Shown piece by piece: positions 11,746 to 25,420 of a stretch of DNA of 64,000 nt; positions within the stretch are counted from its first letter, which is position 1; the number at the start of each line of letters is the position of its first letter. The notes beneath the pieces are model-generated. The model was not told the origin of the DNA, did not search any database, and saw only the letters and a program-made list of their open reading frames with translations. Source of the stretch: Octopus bimaculoides (Eukaryota); the NCBI RefSeq assembly GCF_001194135.2, contig NC_068985.1, positions 115,311,146 through 115,375,145 of the forward strand, written 5' to 3'. The translations under genes were made by a program, and so were the position numbers.

Positions 11746-13127
11746 TACTGGAAGTCGGGAGACAGTGAGAATTTCGTAGCTTGATTCTCAGCTTCTCGCT
11801 ATATCTACAAAAGAAAGGATTTTGTGCTAGGGCACACAGTACCTAAAATCTCCTGCAGATAAAAATATACAATTGGTTACTTGGTGTCTAATATTGACTG
11901 TTAGGATATCAATGTCTCTAGAAAAGCATGTGCCGGGTGTAAGCTTATTCTATACTTTTATTTACATTTATTCACATTATTTATGTTTCCTTTTTTCATG
12001 CCTGTGTGTGTCTTTTGGAAGAAAATGTATGTTAAACTAATACACAAATGTTTGATGTTGTGCTCATTGACCATAGTCCATAAAACCTACATAGAAATAC
12101 ATTCAATTCAGGTTCGTGCGTGTAGTTACACTTCTTATGCATCTATACATTCGATTCAATAAATACACACGCACACATACATAAACATATGTACACTGAA
12201 ACGCGCGTATGTACATACAAATAGACAAAAAAAAACATGTATATGATATATGATATATGATATATATATGTATATATATNNNNNNNNNNNNNNNNNNNNN
12301 NNNNNNNNNNNNNNNNNNNNNNNNNNNNNNNNNNNNNNNNNNNNNNNNNNNNNNNNNNNNNNNNNNNNNNNNNNNNNNNNNNNNNNNNNNNNNNNNNNNN
12401 NNNNNNNNNNNNNNNNNNNNNNNNNNNNNNNNNNNNNNNNNNNNNNNNNNNNNNNNNNNNNNNNNNNNNNNNNNNNNNNNNNNNNNNNNNNNNNNNNNNN
12501 NNNNNNNNNNNNNNNNNNNNNNNNNNNNNNNNNNNNNNNNNNNNNNNNNNNNNNNNNNNNNNNNNNNNNNNNNNNNNNNNNNNNNNNNNNNNNNNNNNNN
12601 NNNNNNNNNNNNNNNNNNNNNNNNNNNNNNNNNNNNNNNNNNNNNNNNNNNNNNNNNNNNNNNNNNNNNNNNNNNNNNNNNNNNNNNNNNNNNNNNNNNN
12701 NNNNNNNNNNNNNNNNNNNNNNNNNNNNNNNNNNNNNNNNNNNNNNNNNNNNNNNNNNNNNNNNNNNNNNNNNNNNNNNNNNNNNNNNNNNNNNNNNNNN
12801 NNNNNNNNNNNNNNNNNNNNNNNNNNNNNNNNNNNNNNNNNNNNNNNNNNNNNNNNNNNNNNNNNNNNNNNNNNNNNNNNNNNNNNNNNNNNNNNNNNNN
12901 NNNNNNNNNNNNNNNNNNNNNNNNNNNNNNNNNNNNNNNNNNATATTTATATATAGAAAGAAACATAGATAGATGGGTAGATTGATAGATAGATAGATAC
13001 ATACATACATACATACATACATACATACATACATACATACATACATACATACATAGATATATCAAGACAGAATGAGAGAAAGCAAACTTCATCTATGTCT
13101 ATTTTACATTTCTGTGCACAGAAAGAA

Positions 13128-13168
<41 letters not shown>

Positions 13169-13467
13169 AGCACACACACACACACACTCATATAGATAGG
13201 CTTTGTCGAAGATCAACCATTAAAAAAAATTGTACTTGACTATAAAATCATGGGATTTGTAATATAAGGAGGAAGCATAAAAGAAATATGACACCATTTC
13301 TTTCTATTCTGAGAGACAGCAACTAGAGGGGAATATGCCAAGAAAATCATGACTAATCAAATAAGTAACTAAATAAGAATTAAGTATATTGGTGAGACAA
13401 AGAGAGAGTGGTGCAGCGGTGCGGGTTCGAATACATATACATGTATATATATGCATGTGTGTGTGTA

Positions 13468-13508
<41 letters not shown>

Positions 13509-13782
13509 CAAAGAATATATATACATGTATACACACATATATGTACATACTTACATCTACATGTGTATATACATGCATATCAGGGTACAGGACGTTAGAA
13601 CAATAAACTACAGACAACGGAACGAACACATAGGAAAACGGAAAGCCCCTTGGAATATCCCTTCATCAGCTGTCTCTATATATATACACGTATACATATA
13701 TATGTATATATGTACATATATGTATATACTTATAAATATATATATATATATACTTATATATACATTTATATATATTTATGCA

Positions 13783-13817
<35 letters not shown>

Positions 13818-14117
13818 NNNNNNNNNNNNNNNNNNNNNNNNNNNNNNNNNNNNNNNNNNNNNNNNNNNNNNNNNNNNNNNNNNNNNNNNNNNNNNNNNNN
13901 NNNNNNNNNNNNNNNNNNNNNNNNNNNNNNNNNNNNNNNNNNNNNNNNNNNNNNNNNNNNNNNNNNNNNNNNNNNNNNNNNNNNNNNNNNNNNNNNNNNN
14001 NNNNNNNNNNNNNNNNNNNNNNNNNNNNNNNNNNNNNNNNNNNNNNNNNNNNNNNNNNNNNNNNNNNNNNNNNNNNNNNNNNNNNNNNNNNNNNNNNNNN
14101 NNNNNNNNNNNNNNNNN

Positions 14118-14189
<72 letters not shown>

Positions 14190-15690
14190 ATGTCACACAG
14201 GGAGATAGCGTCAGAGAGAAAGGCAGAAAGAACTGAGCCAAGATAGTGTAAGAGAGCGAGAAAGAGAGAGGAGAAGGAAGAGAGAGATAGGAGAGAAGAC
14301 ACAGAGGTGAGGAGAAGGAGAATGTGAAATGTGGTAAGAGATACGAATGACAATCAGAGATATAAAGGGAGCGACAGAGTGAGAGAGTAAAGAAAGAGAG
14401 AGAGAAAGTAAGTTATAGAGATAGTGTTATACACAGGCCTAAAGAGAGAGTAACCGAAACAGAGAAACGGCGAGACTGAGAGAGAAAGAGTGAAGTGAGA
14501 TGAAGTTAGATACAAAATTAAAAATGGAAAACGATAGGTGGACATATAGAAAGGGCTAAAGTGAAATTCGAAAAGAAAGAGGGGGAGAGAGAAGGTGAAG
14601 GGGTAAAAAGAGAGAAGAAGAGATGGACAGAGATTGGTGCGGAGAGACAGAGGTAGAGAAAGAATAATTTCCTGATTAGTTCATCAAAATATTTGAATAA
14701 TTATGTGATCTTTGACCTAATAGACCATCCTACATATATAAATATACATACGTTTATTCACTCAAAACACTTATATGCGTCTATGTATACATATACATAC
14801 ATATATATCTATGTATATATCTACACACATATAAGAACACTAACATTGACACAGACATTGAGAGAAACACATACAAGCCTATATATATATATATATATNN
14901 NNNNNNNNNNNNNNNNNNNNNNNNNNNNNNNNNNNNNNNNNNNNNNNNNNNNNNNNNNNNNNNNNNNNNNNNNNNNNNNNNNNNNNNNNNNNNNNNNNNN
15001 NNNNNNNNNNNNNNNNNNNNNNNNNNNNNNNNNNNNNNNNNNNNNNNNNNNNNNNNNNNNNNNNNNNNNNNNNNNNNNNNNNNNNNNNNNNNNNNNNNNN
15101 NNNNNNNNNNNNNNNNNNNNNNNNNNNNNNNNNNNNNNNNNNNNNNNNNNNNNNNNNNNNNNNNNNNNNNNNNNNNNNNNNNNNNNNNNNNNNNNNNNNN
15201 NNNNNNNNNNNNNNNNNNNNNNNNNNNNNNNNNNNNNNNNNNNNNNNNNNNNNNNNNNNNNNNNNNNNNNNNNNNNNNNNNNNNNNNNNNNNNNNNNNNN
15301 NNNNNNNNNNNNNNNNNNNNNNNNNNNNNNNNNNNNNNNNNNNNNNNNNNNNNNNNNNNNNNNNNNNNNNNNNNNNNNNNNNNNNNNNNNNNNNNNNNNN
15401 NNNNNNNNNNNNNNNNNNNNNNNNNNNNNNNNNNNNNNNNNNNNNNNNNNNNNNNNNNNNNNNNNNNNNNNNNNNNNNNNNNNNNNNNNNNNNNNNNNNN
15501 NNNNNNNNNNNNNNNNNNNNNNNNNNNNNNNNNNNNNNNNNNNNNNNNNNNNNNNNNNNNNNNNNNNNNNNNNNNNNNNNNNNNNNNNNNNNNNNNNNNN
15601 NNNNNNNNNNNNNNNNNNNNNNNNNNNNNNNNNNNNNNNNNNNNNNNNNNNNNNNNNNNNNNNNNNNNNNNNNNNNNNNNNNNNNNNNNN

Positions 15691-15738
<48 letters not shown>

Positions 15739-16724
15739 CATGTGTAATTTATGTGTGCATGTATATACAATATATGTATGCTATATATACAGATATATTG
15801 GACATATATATATGTAATTCTATACTGAGGAACATATATGACGTTATGAATGTCTGTGTATCTCTGTCGAAGATCTCTCTCTCACTCTTTCTCTCTCCGC
15901 CTGTCTGTCTGTCTCTCCAGGTCTCTCAGTGTGTCTCTGTGTGTCTGTGTGTGTGCGTGAGCGAATGTAAGTGTGTATGCGTGTGTGTTTCTCTGTTTCT
16001 CTGCTTCTTTGTTTCTGTATATGTTTATTCCTCTTCTATCACGAAAGGAAATCGTCTGATTCATTGAAACCGCCTTCAGGGCAGTCAATTTCTTGCTGCT
16101 GCTGCTACTGTTGCCACCACCACCAACACCACCACTAAGAACAACCACTACTACCCGATACCAGTACTAACGGTTTATAGCAAAATCCATTACTAGCAAG
16201 ATTTCCACAATCATGTGACTAACCACACAAGTCAATTGTAAAGTAACACCATGTTAACAATAGCTACATCAACGCTATTACTACATCCACCACTACCACC
16301 ACCGCGACCACCACGAAATTACTACTGCCATAGAAACGGTGCGGAAGCCTCTAGCTGGGATTGCATACTTGTTTTCTACGTTATAGCTGCGAAGTAAACT
16401 TCTTAAAACACTTAAGTGGAATAAAATGACAAATAACGAAGAAGGAGAGCTTGTAACAATACACATAGTGAAAGTTAGATAACATTTAAACATTTCAAGC
16501 CCATCATCAGAATTAACCGCCTTCGAAGTGAACAATTATGGAGATCATGTGCGCCTGGAATATATAAAGGTTATATAAAGGTTATGTAACTTTTCATTTT
16601 CGTATTGTAAGGCGCTCTCTGCCTTCGCAATGCATCAAGTAAACTACAATGCTTTTCTTGCGTTTAGTGGGTTTATATGGACGAACGATTGCGTGTTGTT
16701 GTAATAAATTATCATTTATCGTTA

Positions 16725-16932
16725 CTTCTTCTTCTGTTGGTAACTGGACCGCGGTCATGCTGGAGCACCACTTTGAAGGGTTTCCGTCGCATGAATCAAA
16801 TGCCAGTATTTATTATTATTTGCAGTTTGCCGAACAGCTAAGTTACAGGATCGTAACACTGGTTTAGCATGTAGGGGCTGAGAACAAAACAAACACAAAG
16901 AGACACACACACACGCACCCATACACACACAT

Positions 16933-16970
<38 letters not shown>

Positions 16971-17338
16971 NNNNNNNNNNNNNNNNNNNNNNNNNNNNNN
17001 NNNNNNNNNNNNNNNNNNNNNNNNNNNNNNNNNNNNNNNNNNNNNNNNNNNNNNNNNNNNNNNNNNNNNNNNNNNNNNNNNNNNNNNNNNNNNNNNNNNN
17101 NNNNNNNNNNNNNNNNNNNNNNNNNNNNNNNNNNNNNNNNNNNNNNNNNNNNNNNNNNNNNNNNNNNNNNNNNNNNNNNNNNNNNNNNNNNNNNNNNNNN
17201 NNNNNNNNNNNNNNNNNNNNNNNNNNNNNNNNNNNNNNNNNNNNNNNNNNNNNNNNNNNNNNNNNNNNNNNNNNNNNNNNNNNNNNNNNNNNNNNNNNNN
17301 NNNNNNNNNNNNNNNNNNNNNNNNNNNNNNNNNNNNNN

Positions 17339-17393
<55 letters not shown>

Positions 17394-17580
17394 TGTGGTG
17401 TGTGTGTATGTATGTATGTATATATACGATGGCCTTCTTTCAGTTTCCGTCTAAGAAATTCACTCACAAGGCTTTGATCGACTCGAGGCTACAGTAGAAG
17501 TGAGTTGCTCAAGGTGCTACGCAATGGGATTGAACTCAGAACCATGTTGTTGGTAAGCAAGCTACTTACTACACAGCCAT
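16725..17580 (-). mobile_element. SINE family A, older copy split by a gap in its internal microsatellite
   Basis: 3' half at 16725-16900, 5' half with tRNA-like head at 17405-17580. Confidence 0.75.
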
Positions 17581-17855
17581 TTGATGTGCTACGTTATGCA
17601 TTTACTGATTTTAGGAAAGTCTCATCTCGCTTCTGTCTTCAGACTCAATCTGATGCTCCGCTGCATGTGTTTGCTTATGCTGGGAATGTCACATCTCCTT
17701 TCTCCCTTGACACTCTATCTGACGTGCTGCAGCATGTATTTGCCGATCTTGGGAATGTCTCATCTCCCTTCTGTATTGAGATTCCATACGACGTACTGCT
17801 GCATACGTTTGCTGATCTTGGGAAAGTCTCATCTCCTATCTCCCATAAAACTCCA
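17580..17855. repeat. 4 x 69-bp tandem repeat (23-codon period, open frame on +)
   Basis: Units start at 17582, 17651, 17720 and 17789 with no indels. They translate FDVLRYAFTDFRKVSSRFCLQTQ / SDAPLHVFAYAGNVTSPFSLDTL / SDVLQHVFADLGNVSSPFCIEIP / YDVLLHTFADLGKVSSPISHKTP. Confidence 0.9.
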
Positions 17856-18482
17856 TTAATTTAAGGGTAAAGATCTAATTGTAAATACCTTGCAACTGCT
17901 GCGATAAATATGAACTTGTAATTCAACGGTAAATATGTGCTTTTATATAACATGGATATGCCACCAAATTGGTTTTGGTGAAGAGTTTCATCTCCAGCCA
18001 TTCGTTATGTCAGTCAACACGCATACAGTGACACACAATTCCGCTGTCATGGCGGTAAAGACGGAAATTTGCCGATGCGTAATGCTGTTCACATTAGTGT
18101 ATTAATTATTAATTTATTTATCACAATTGAATGAAAGAATAAAAGGGAAACAATATTATATGACATTACAATATAGATCATATTCTTTCACTTTTGACAC
18201 GTAATACCGAACCAGTGCCAATGTTATATTGTTTTAATCTACATGAAAAACAAATTACATGTTGACTCTCACGGAGTCTGATATTATCTTGTGAAATTTG
18301 ACTTGATTTGGTCGAGCCGTTTGAAAATGCTTCGGGAAAAGACACAGAGACAAAAACATTTTTATACATAGACAAGGAAGTCAATTTGTAGACAGAACTT
18401 ACAAACTGCTTTGAGCGTATAAAGCCCTAGCAGAAAATAGCTTGAGGGGAAAAACTTGAGCTGCTTTAGAATATCTTTTCTA

Positions 18483-18570
18483 ACGTATGACCGCTCAGTG
18501 GTGAGGTTAATATATCATTGGTCAGTAATAAAGGCTTATCGACTGTAAGTGGCCCATAGCGGTCATACGT
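18483..18570. repeat. Perfect 13-bp inverted repeat with 62-bp spacer
   Basis: ACGTATGACCGCT (18483-18495) and AGCGGTCATACGT (18558-18570). Confidence 0.85.
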
Positions 18571-19319
18571 ACGCATGCACGACCATACGCACAGCGTTTT
18601 TCGATAGAAGGAGAAATTCAAATAGTGTATTTAAATAGACGAAGTGCAAAAAATTTTAAATAAAGTAAAATTTGGGGGAGAACGTACAAATACCGTAAAG
18701 ACAAAAATATTTACGTACGACAAAATTGAAATACACTGAAGTCGATTTTTAGTTAGATGTGGCAAAAGTGAATTTAAACACATTGAGCGAACAAAATTTA
18801 AGAATAACTAAATTACTTTTCTGGAAGAATGTACAAAACCGTAACAACAGAGATTTTACGCACGACTAATTAAAATACACTGTCAATTTGTAGACAGAAG
18901 TTAGTGTGAAAGTGAGTTAGAGGGAGAGAGAGAGAGAGAGGGAGAGAGAGAGAGAGAGAGAGAGGGAGGGAGAGAAAGAAACAGACATAGACTAAAAGAG
19001 GGGAACAATTATAGAAGGTAAGAGAGAATCTGTGTAAGCAAGAGAAAGAGAGAATAAGAAAGAGAGAGAGAAGAGAGAAAGAAACACAGAGACAGAAACA
19101 GTGGGAATTAGTTGAAAGCCGTAGAAATCTTTAGCGAAAAACACGTGTAAAACACCGTTTTCCCGGTTTCTCGCTTTACGATGGAGCTCTGGGTAAAATG
19201 CAATAGTGCATGACAATCTTTGGCACATAAGTAATATGTCTGTAAGGTTTGGTGAAAATCGGTTGAAAACTGTAGACACAGATGAAACATTACCATCACA
19301 TGCCTCGAATTTGACACAG

Positions 19320-20262
19320 ATAAAACACCGGAATTTATACATGTTCAAAACATTATCGATGAAAACCCCAGATGACCAATGAGGTCCATTTCTAAAGAAC
19401 TTCGAATGTCTGAGAGGACTGTCAGAACTGTGGTACATCGTGACACTCGATACAAGTCCTATGTAATGAAGAAAAGCCAGTTCGTGTCTGCAAAGACACA
19501 GGAAGACCGTCGCATCCGGTTACGTAAAAAAGTGAACAAGTCATGCTTTGGTTTTTCTCCGACGAAAAAATCTTTGATCAGGATCAAAAGAGTAAACAGA
19601 AAAAATGACCGGTGGTTATGTGCAGATCCTTCTGAAGTACCCAAAGTGATGTGCATGAAATTTCCAGCAATTGTGATGGTTTTAGGATTGGTGAGTAGCT
19701 AAAGTAATATGATGCCTCCCCACTTTTTTCCAAAAGGTCTTAGAATTATTACTAGATGCATAGAGGGACTAGGAACTGTTAACAAGCCCTGGATTGATAA
19801 GTATGCAATGGAAAGCCACAAGTGTTTCAACAAGACTTAGCACTTCCTTACAAAGCCCTAGTCACCCAAGAAGGTTGTCAGGCAATCTTTACGATTATGC
19901 AACACCCAATATGTGGCCTCCAAACTTGCCAGATTTGAACCACATGGACTACTACGTGTGGAGCACTGTTGAAAGGGAGACTAATCGTCATCCTCATAAT
20001 ACCATAGCTTCACCGAAGGCCGCCATTGTCCAGGTGATGTTCGAAATAAATAAGGACCATATAGTGTTAGCATACCATCGATTTCGGTCCCGTATTCAAG
20101 CAGTCATCGAAACCGAAGGTGGTTTCATAGAATAATTTGCTTAAAAAATCATTATGAAAAATAATTGTACAAATGTTTATTCAAATACATATTTATTTAT
20201 GCTGAAATATAGTTGTTTTATTGTGTACCAAAACTGTCCTCAAATATCCCTCGCACTCTGTA
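19320..20262 (+). mobile_element. Decayed Tc1/mariner transposase of the maT (DD37D-like) type with right terminus
   Basis: Frameshifted MRSISKELRMSERTVR...NRKNDRWLCADPSEVPKVM.MKFPA.VMVLG.VS...MPPHFFP...VFQQD...MWPPNLPDLNHMDYYVWSTVERETNRHPHNT...EGGFIE*. The end ...CCCTCGCACTCTGTA-TA is at 20262. The left TIR is not found. Confidence 0.85.
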
Positions 20263-20278
20263 TATAGGTATATGTGTA

Positions 20279-20328
<50 letters not shown>

Positions 20329-20430
20329 GACTTGCAAAACAAATATGTAAACGGAACACATATATATATATATTTACATATATGTTTGTAAAAGTGTGTG
20401 TATATATATATGTGTGTGTGTACATATATG

Positions 20431-20469
<39 letters not shown>

Positions 20470-20479
20470 NNNNNNNNNN

Positions 20480-20514
<35 letters not shown>

Positions 20515-20700
20515 AATCAACTTCGAAACGATAGAAGGCAAAAAAGTTCTCGGTGGATTTTGAACCGACATCGGAAAGAACCGGAAAAGTCACGCTGAAT
20601 ACCTTAGTACGATGCACCAATGAATCAACACCTTATAAGAATAATTAGTTCTCATACTGGAAATTCCGGGCCATCTAGGAAAAATTGAAAATAATGTAAG

Positions 20701-20912
20701 AATAATCCTTTCTACATAAAGACAAAGTTTGACATTTTTGAGGAGCAGGGTGGGGTGCTAGTCGATTACAGCGGACTCAGTGTTCAATTTGTACTTATTT
20801 TATCGACCCCGTATGGATGAAAAGCAAGGTCGACCTCGGCGGAATCTGAACTCGGAACGGAAAGCCGAAAAATGTCCGCGAAACATTTTGCCCTGCGTGC
20901 TAACGATTCTGC
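20701..20912 (-). mobile_element. SINE family C, degraded
   Basis: Reverse complement of the family C body and tail (GTAGAAAGGATTATT). Confidence 0.7.
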
Positions 20913-21774
20913 TATTTCACTACATGAACAAGTGTCAGAATAATGATGACGATTGTTTTTCTAGTCACAAAAACAGAAATTTCGAAGGTAAAAGGTTACA
21001 GTCGATGAAATTGACACCCAAAGGATGACTGGTATTAATTTTATCGTCCTCGTTGCTGACGTTCACAAAATAAGTATGACTCAAATGTACTCTCTTACAT
21101 TCATAGACAACCCATATAATTACATTTGGTTCAAATACTATAGTCTCAAATTCGCACCAACTCACATGCGTATACTCGAGCACAAGCACACATACATACA
21201 CACACAAACACACACACACACTCTCATACTTGTGCCCTCATACTCACTTACGCACGGAGGAAACGCAGAACCACACAAAGATACGCATATTTACATACAC
21301 GTATATATATACACCCAATCATTTGGTCTCCAAATTTCTTTCCCGTTCTCTACCATACACTATGCTTCACATGTAACACTCCTGCACGCGGAGCGACAGA
21401 GCTAGAACGGCATTGAGAGCGAGAGCTGGTGGAGGGGTGACGCATAAGCATCCACACTCATACACACATATGTTTCTTCAATATCAGTGTTTATTACTCA
21501 TGCACAATCTATCGAATACGTATATACTCATATGCATAGACACACATATATACTGTCACGAAACAAAACACAAACATACATTTCTTAAACACATCTGCAT
21601 TGCTTTCTCTTTCGTTGTCTCTATTTAAAAAATTATTCCTTGACCAAACTTCACAAACTTCCCCCACTCTTTCTCTTTCTCCACACACACACACACACAC
21701 ACACAAATACGTACATATACAAACAAGTACATATATAAATACACGCGCACATACACACACGCACATATATATAC

Positions 21775-21811
<37 letters not shown>

Positions 21812-22054
21812 NNNNNNNNNNNNNNNNNNNNNNNNNNNNNNNNNNNNNNNNNNNNNNNNNNNNNNNNNNNNNNNNNNNNNNNNNNNNNNNNNNNNNNNNN
21901 NNNNNNNNNNNNNNNNNNNNNNNNNNNNNNNNNNNNNNNNNNNNNNNNNNNNNNNNNNNNNNNNNNNNNNNNNNNNNNNNNNNNNNNNNNNNNNNNNNNN
22001 NNNNNNNNNNNNNNNNNNNNNNNNNNNNNNNNNNNNNNNNNNNNNNNNNNNNNN

Positions 22055-22270
22055 GTGTATGTATGTTTGTGTATCTGTGTTTGTCCCCCCAACATCGCTT
22101 GACAGCCGATGGTGGTGTGTTTACGTCCCCGTAACTTAGCGGTTCGGCAAAAGAGACCGATGCAATAAGTACTAGGCATCCAAAGAATAAGTCCTGGGGT
22201 CGATTTGCTCGACTAAATGCGGTGCTCCAGCATGGCCGCAGTCAAATGACTGAAACAAGTAAAAGAGAGT
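22055..22270 (+). mobile_element. SINE family A, 3' half emerging from a gap
   Basis: TGTTTGTCCCCCC...CGGTTCGGCAAAAGAGACCG...GCGGTGCTCCAGCATGGCCGCAGTCAAATGACTGAAACAAGTAAAAGAG. Confidence 0.85.
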
Positions 22271-22297
22271 AATATATGTACATATATGTAGTCTCTC

Positions 22298-22352
<55 letters not shown>

Positions 22353-22748
22353 GTATATATGTGTGTGTAATCCATAATACAATATGTCTAATATTTTTAT
22401 TTGTTCTTCGATTCTGCCTGGCTTTCTTCCTTCCATTTTTTCTCAATCTCTTTCTCTTCCACATCTCCTCCCACCACCGCATTCTCCATCACTATTTTTA
22501 TTCCAAATTCTACCTCAAACTATTTCTCACCAATACCACCGTACCACATTCTACCTCGTATCCCTAATCAAACTTTCTCTATCTCTTTCTCACCCCTACC
22601 CGCGTATACTCTCACCAGTTTCGTTCACTTTTTCTCTCTTCCTCTTTCTCTGTTTTCTCCGTCCGTCCCTCCTTCCATCCATCCAACCATCCATCTATTC
22701 GTCCGTCAATCCATCCATTCACCTCCTTCCACCATTACTCCCTCCTAC

Positions 22749-22845
22749 CCGCAACCGTTATCCAGTTAATATAGTAGACAACCATCAGAAGAATACAGAA
22801 CAGACTGAACGTCTGCAATTTTACAGCAGAACTACCAAATTGCAT
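22749..22845 (-). CDS. Candidate first coding exon: MQFGSSAVKLQTFSLFCILLMVVYYINWITVA(G), phase-1 donor G|GTAGGA
   Basis: ATG in GCGGCATGCA context (the same as at 8055), basic residue then hydrophobic core, T-V-A cleavage-like end, GT at 22748. It is below the ORF-track length cutoff. The donor is sub-optimal and there is no homology evidence. Confidence 0.3.
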
Positions 22846-22914
22846 GCCGCATTGGAATCGATTGTCTTTTACCAACTACAACACTTGCAACACCACCACT
22901 ACTACTACTATTAT

Positions 22915-22962
<48 letters not shown>

Positions 22963-23221
22963 AAGCATTCCGACCACTCACCACATCCACTCCTACGCAC
23001 ACAGTTCCACAATCACCAATCCCGTTAAAAGAGACCGAATTTTGAACACTCCCAGCAACACTCTGCTGGAGATCCGGCTTTGGCCGAGATGAGAGATAAA
23101 AGGTTTGACGAAGAATTGCCAAAAAAAGAAACGGAAAATTGATTGTGGATCGAAACGTATCAGATGTGACGTTAACATTAGGCAGTCCGTTACCCAAGAC
23201 GACCATTTCACATTTTCATAT

Positions 23222-23539
23222 GTTGTTGTTTTTGTGACGAGGGTCCCAGCTGATACGATCAACGGAACAGCTTGCTCGTGAAATTAACGTGCAAGTGATT
23301 GAGCAATCCACAGACACGTGTACCCCTAACGTAGTTCTCAGGGAGATTCAGCGTGACACAGAGTCTGACAAGGCCGGCCCTTTGAAACACAGGTACTACT
23401 CATTTTTGCCACCTGAGTGAACTGAAGCAACGTGAAATAAAGTGTCTTGCTCAAGGACACAACGCATCGCCGGGAATTGAACTCCTGACCTTACGATCGT
23501 GAGCCGAAAGCCCTAACCACTGAGCCACGCGCCTTCACT
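23222..23539 (-). mobile_element. SINE family D (tRNA head, CORE/V-like core, tail shared with family B) with 12-bp TSD
   Basis: Head GAAGGCGCGTGGCTCAGTGG...GAGTTCAATTCCCGG (A and B boxes). TSD ACATTTTCATAT at 23210-23221 and 23540-23551. Confidence 0.9.
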
Positions 23540-23600
23540 ACATTTTCATATAAACCTCACACATTACACATCTCTAAAACCCATCTTTGAGTTGTTTGCG

Positions 23601-23945
23601 GTAAAAGGGTAAAGACTTCATTTGGTCATGAATAGTCATAGGATTGCGCCAAGGAATATCATCTCCAAGGCACAAGTCCAGACAAGGTTGTTTATGGAAG
23701 ACTAGCAACCCCCCCCCATGCATACCAGCCTCTTCTCTCCATGTCACCAATGTTGTCCAAGGGAAAGGCTAAGGCCGATACAGCTTGGTACCAGAGACGT
23801 CGCAACTCATTTCTACAGCTGAGTGAACTGGAGCAACGGGAAATAAAAGTCTCTTGCTCAAGAACACAACACAGAGCCTGGTTCGGATATCGAAATCACT
23901 CCCTCATGATTGTGAGTCCGATGCTTTAACCACTGAACCATGCGG
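23601..23945 (-). mobile_element. SINE family E (head and core like D, different 3' half)
   Basis: Shares GTGTT.TTGAGCAAGA.ACTTT.ATTTC.CGTTGCTCCAGTTCACTCAG with family D. It then diverges into GGCTGGTATGCATGGG...CTTCCATAAACAACCTTG and a TTTACCC-type tail. Confidence 0.75.
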
Positions 23946-24955
23946 GGTATCACGTATGATTTTCCAGTGTTTACATTTAATCTCTCTTATATTTTATATA
24001 TTATTTACTACTTAATACCTATATCTGTCTATCTCCTATTTACTATCTAATACCCATATCTGTCTATCTCCTACTTCTTTCTATCCCTGGTGGTACGGAT
24101 CAGAACTTCTTCTAAAACACGAAAGTTTGTCGAAAATGATCAGAGGAATTTTTACAATCTTCCAGCACCTTTCTCTTGTTTGTTGGTTAAGTTCATTGAA
24201 AAGACGCGAGAAACTGCTTCGCCCAAAATTAATCTTGATCAATAATATCTAAAGCAATTCAAAGAGGTATATTTTGTCTTTGAAAAGAAACCAAATGATT
24301 TAAAATGTTCTTTGGTGTCTAAGAAAATAGGCTGTAGTTTGACTGTCAATTAGCTGAAGCGAAATATGTTGTTGCCGTTATAAAAATTTTATAAGCTTAC
24401 GAGAGAACGAGAAGAATACGAAATACAACTGTTTCTCGCAAATTCGCATCAAACTACGTTCATGTGCCAAATACCTGCGCCAGGCCAGACTGGAGTTAAC
24501 TATATATTACAATACTTGAAGTTTAGTGTTGACAAAAACCTAACGGACAAAAATAATTTATTTTTTTACATATTTCTAATCACTGTAATATCTATTCCTT
24601 AACATTCTTTTTCTAAATAGAACTGTTTTCTAAAACTATTAGCAATGTAGTGATGTGACCGCATGACTCCAGGTTCCAGATTTTAGTCACATCGAACAAA
24701 TTCTCCTTCATGGAAACCGATTATCTACAAAACCCTTCAATGGATTTTGAAATACCGAATCTTCCGACTGCTTCGTACTTTTATGGTTTGAAATCTCTGC
24801 GGGTCTGTTGTGAGGGCTCATCTGCCAAAAATTTATGCGCATATGCGTACATACACGCAAGCGTAAATGACACACGCTGAAATACATACATACGTGCGTG
24901 TGTGTGTATACGTGTCCATATATGCACACTTCCATATATGTATAAGTGTATATAC

Positions 24956-24987
<32 letters not shown>

Positions 24988-25420
24988 NNNNNNNNNNNNN
25001 NNNNNCATTATTGTTTGGTTTTACGTTATATATAATTAAAACAGTTTTTAACTCATTACTTTCCAGTAAAGTACTTCTTTACGTTTGTAAATAAGAAGTT
25101 GACAGTGACTTCGAAGTTTCGGTTTGCTCTCGTCAGACTGGCTTGCTTTGCTTATATATATATATATATATTTGAATCTTGGTCATAATCTGTAAAGTAA
25201 CGTGATGTATGTGGATGATGTATCACAGTAATAAAATGGTGTTCACTGGTCATTTATTTTTTGCTGTTATTTTTGTGGTGGTCTGGAGACTGATTCGTCG
25301 GTGTCAGCCAGAAGAAGGTCTTGCGTTTTTGTTCATCCGCAGTAATGAGGACCGAGCGATGTTACATGGCGACACACGAGTTGCCTCAGTTGTTTTTTAT
25401 ACGATTAGCAACTTGAGATA

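Noticed and set aside
17580-17855. CRISPR-like or zinc-finger reading of the 69-bp array (also the 34-bp repeat at 57031)
   Set aside because: No unique spacers or cas genes in this eukaryotic context; no C2H2 spacing in any frame, and the minus frames contain stops.
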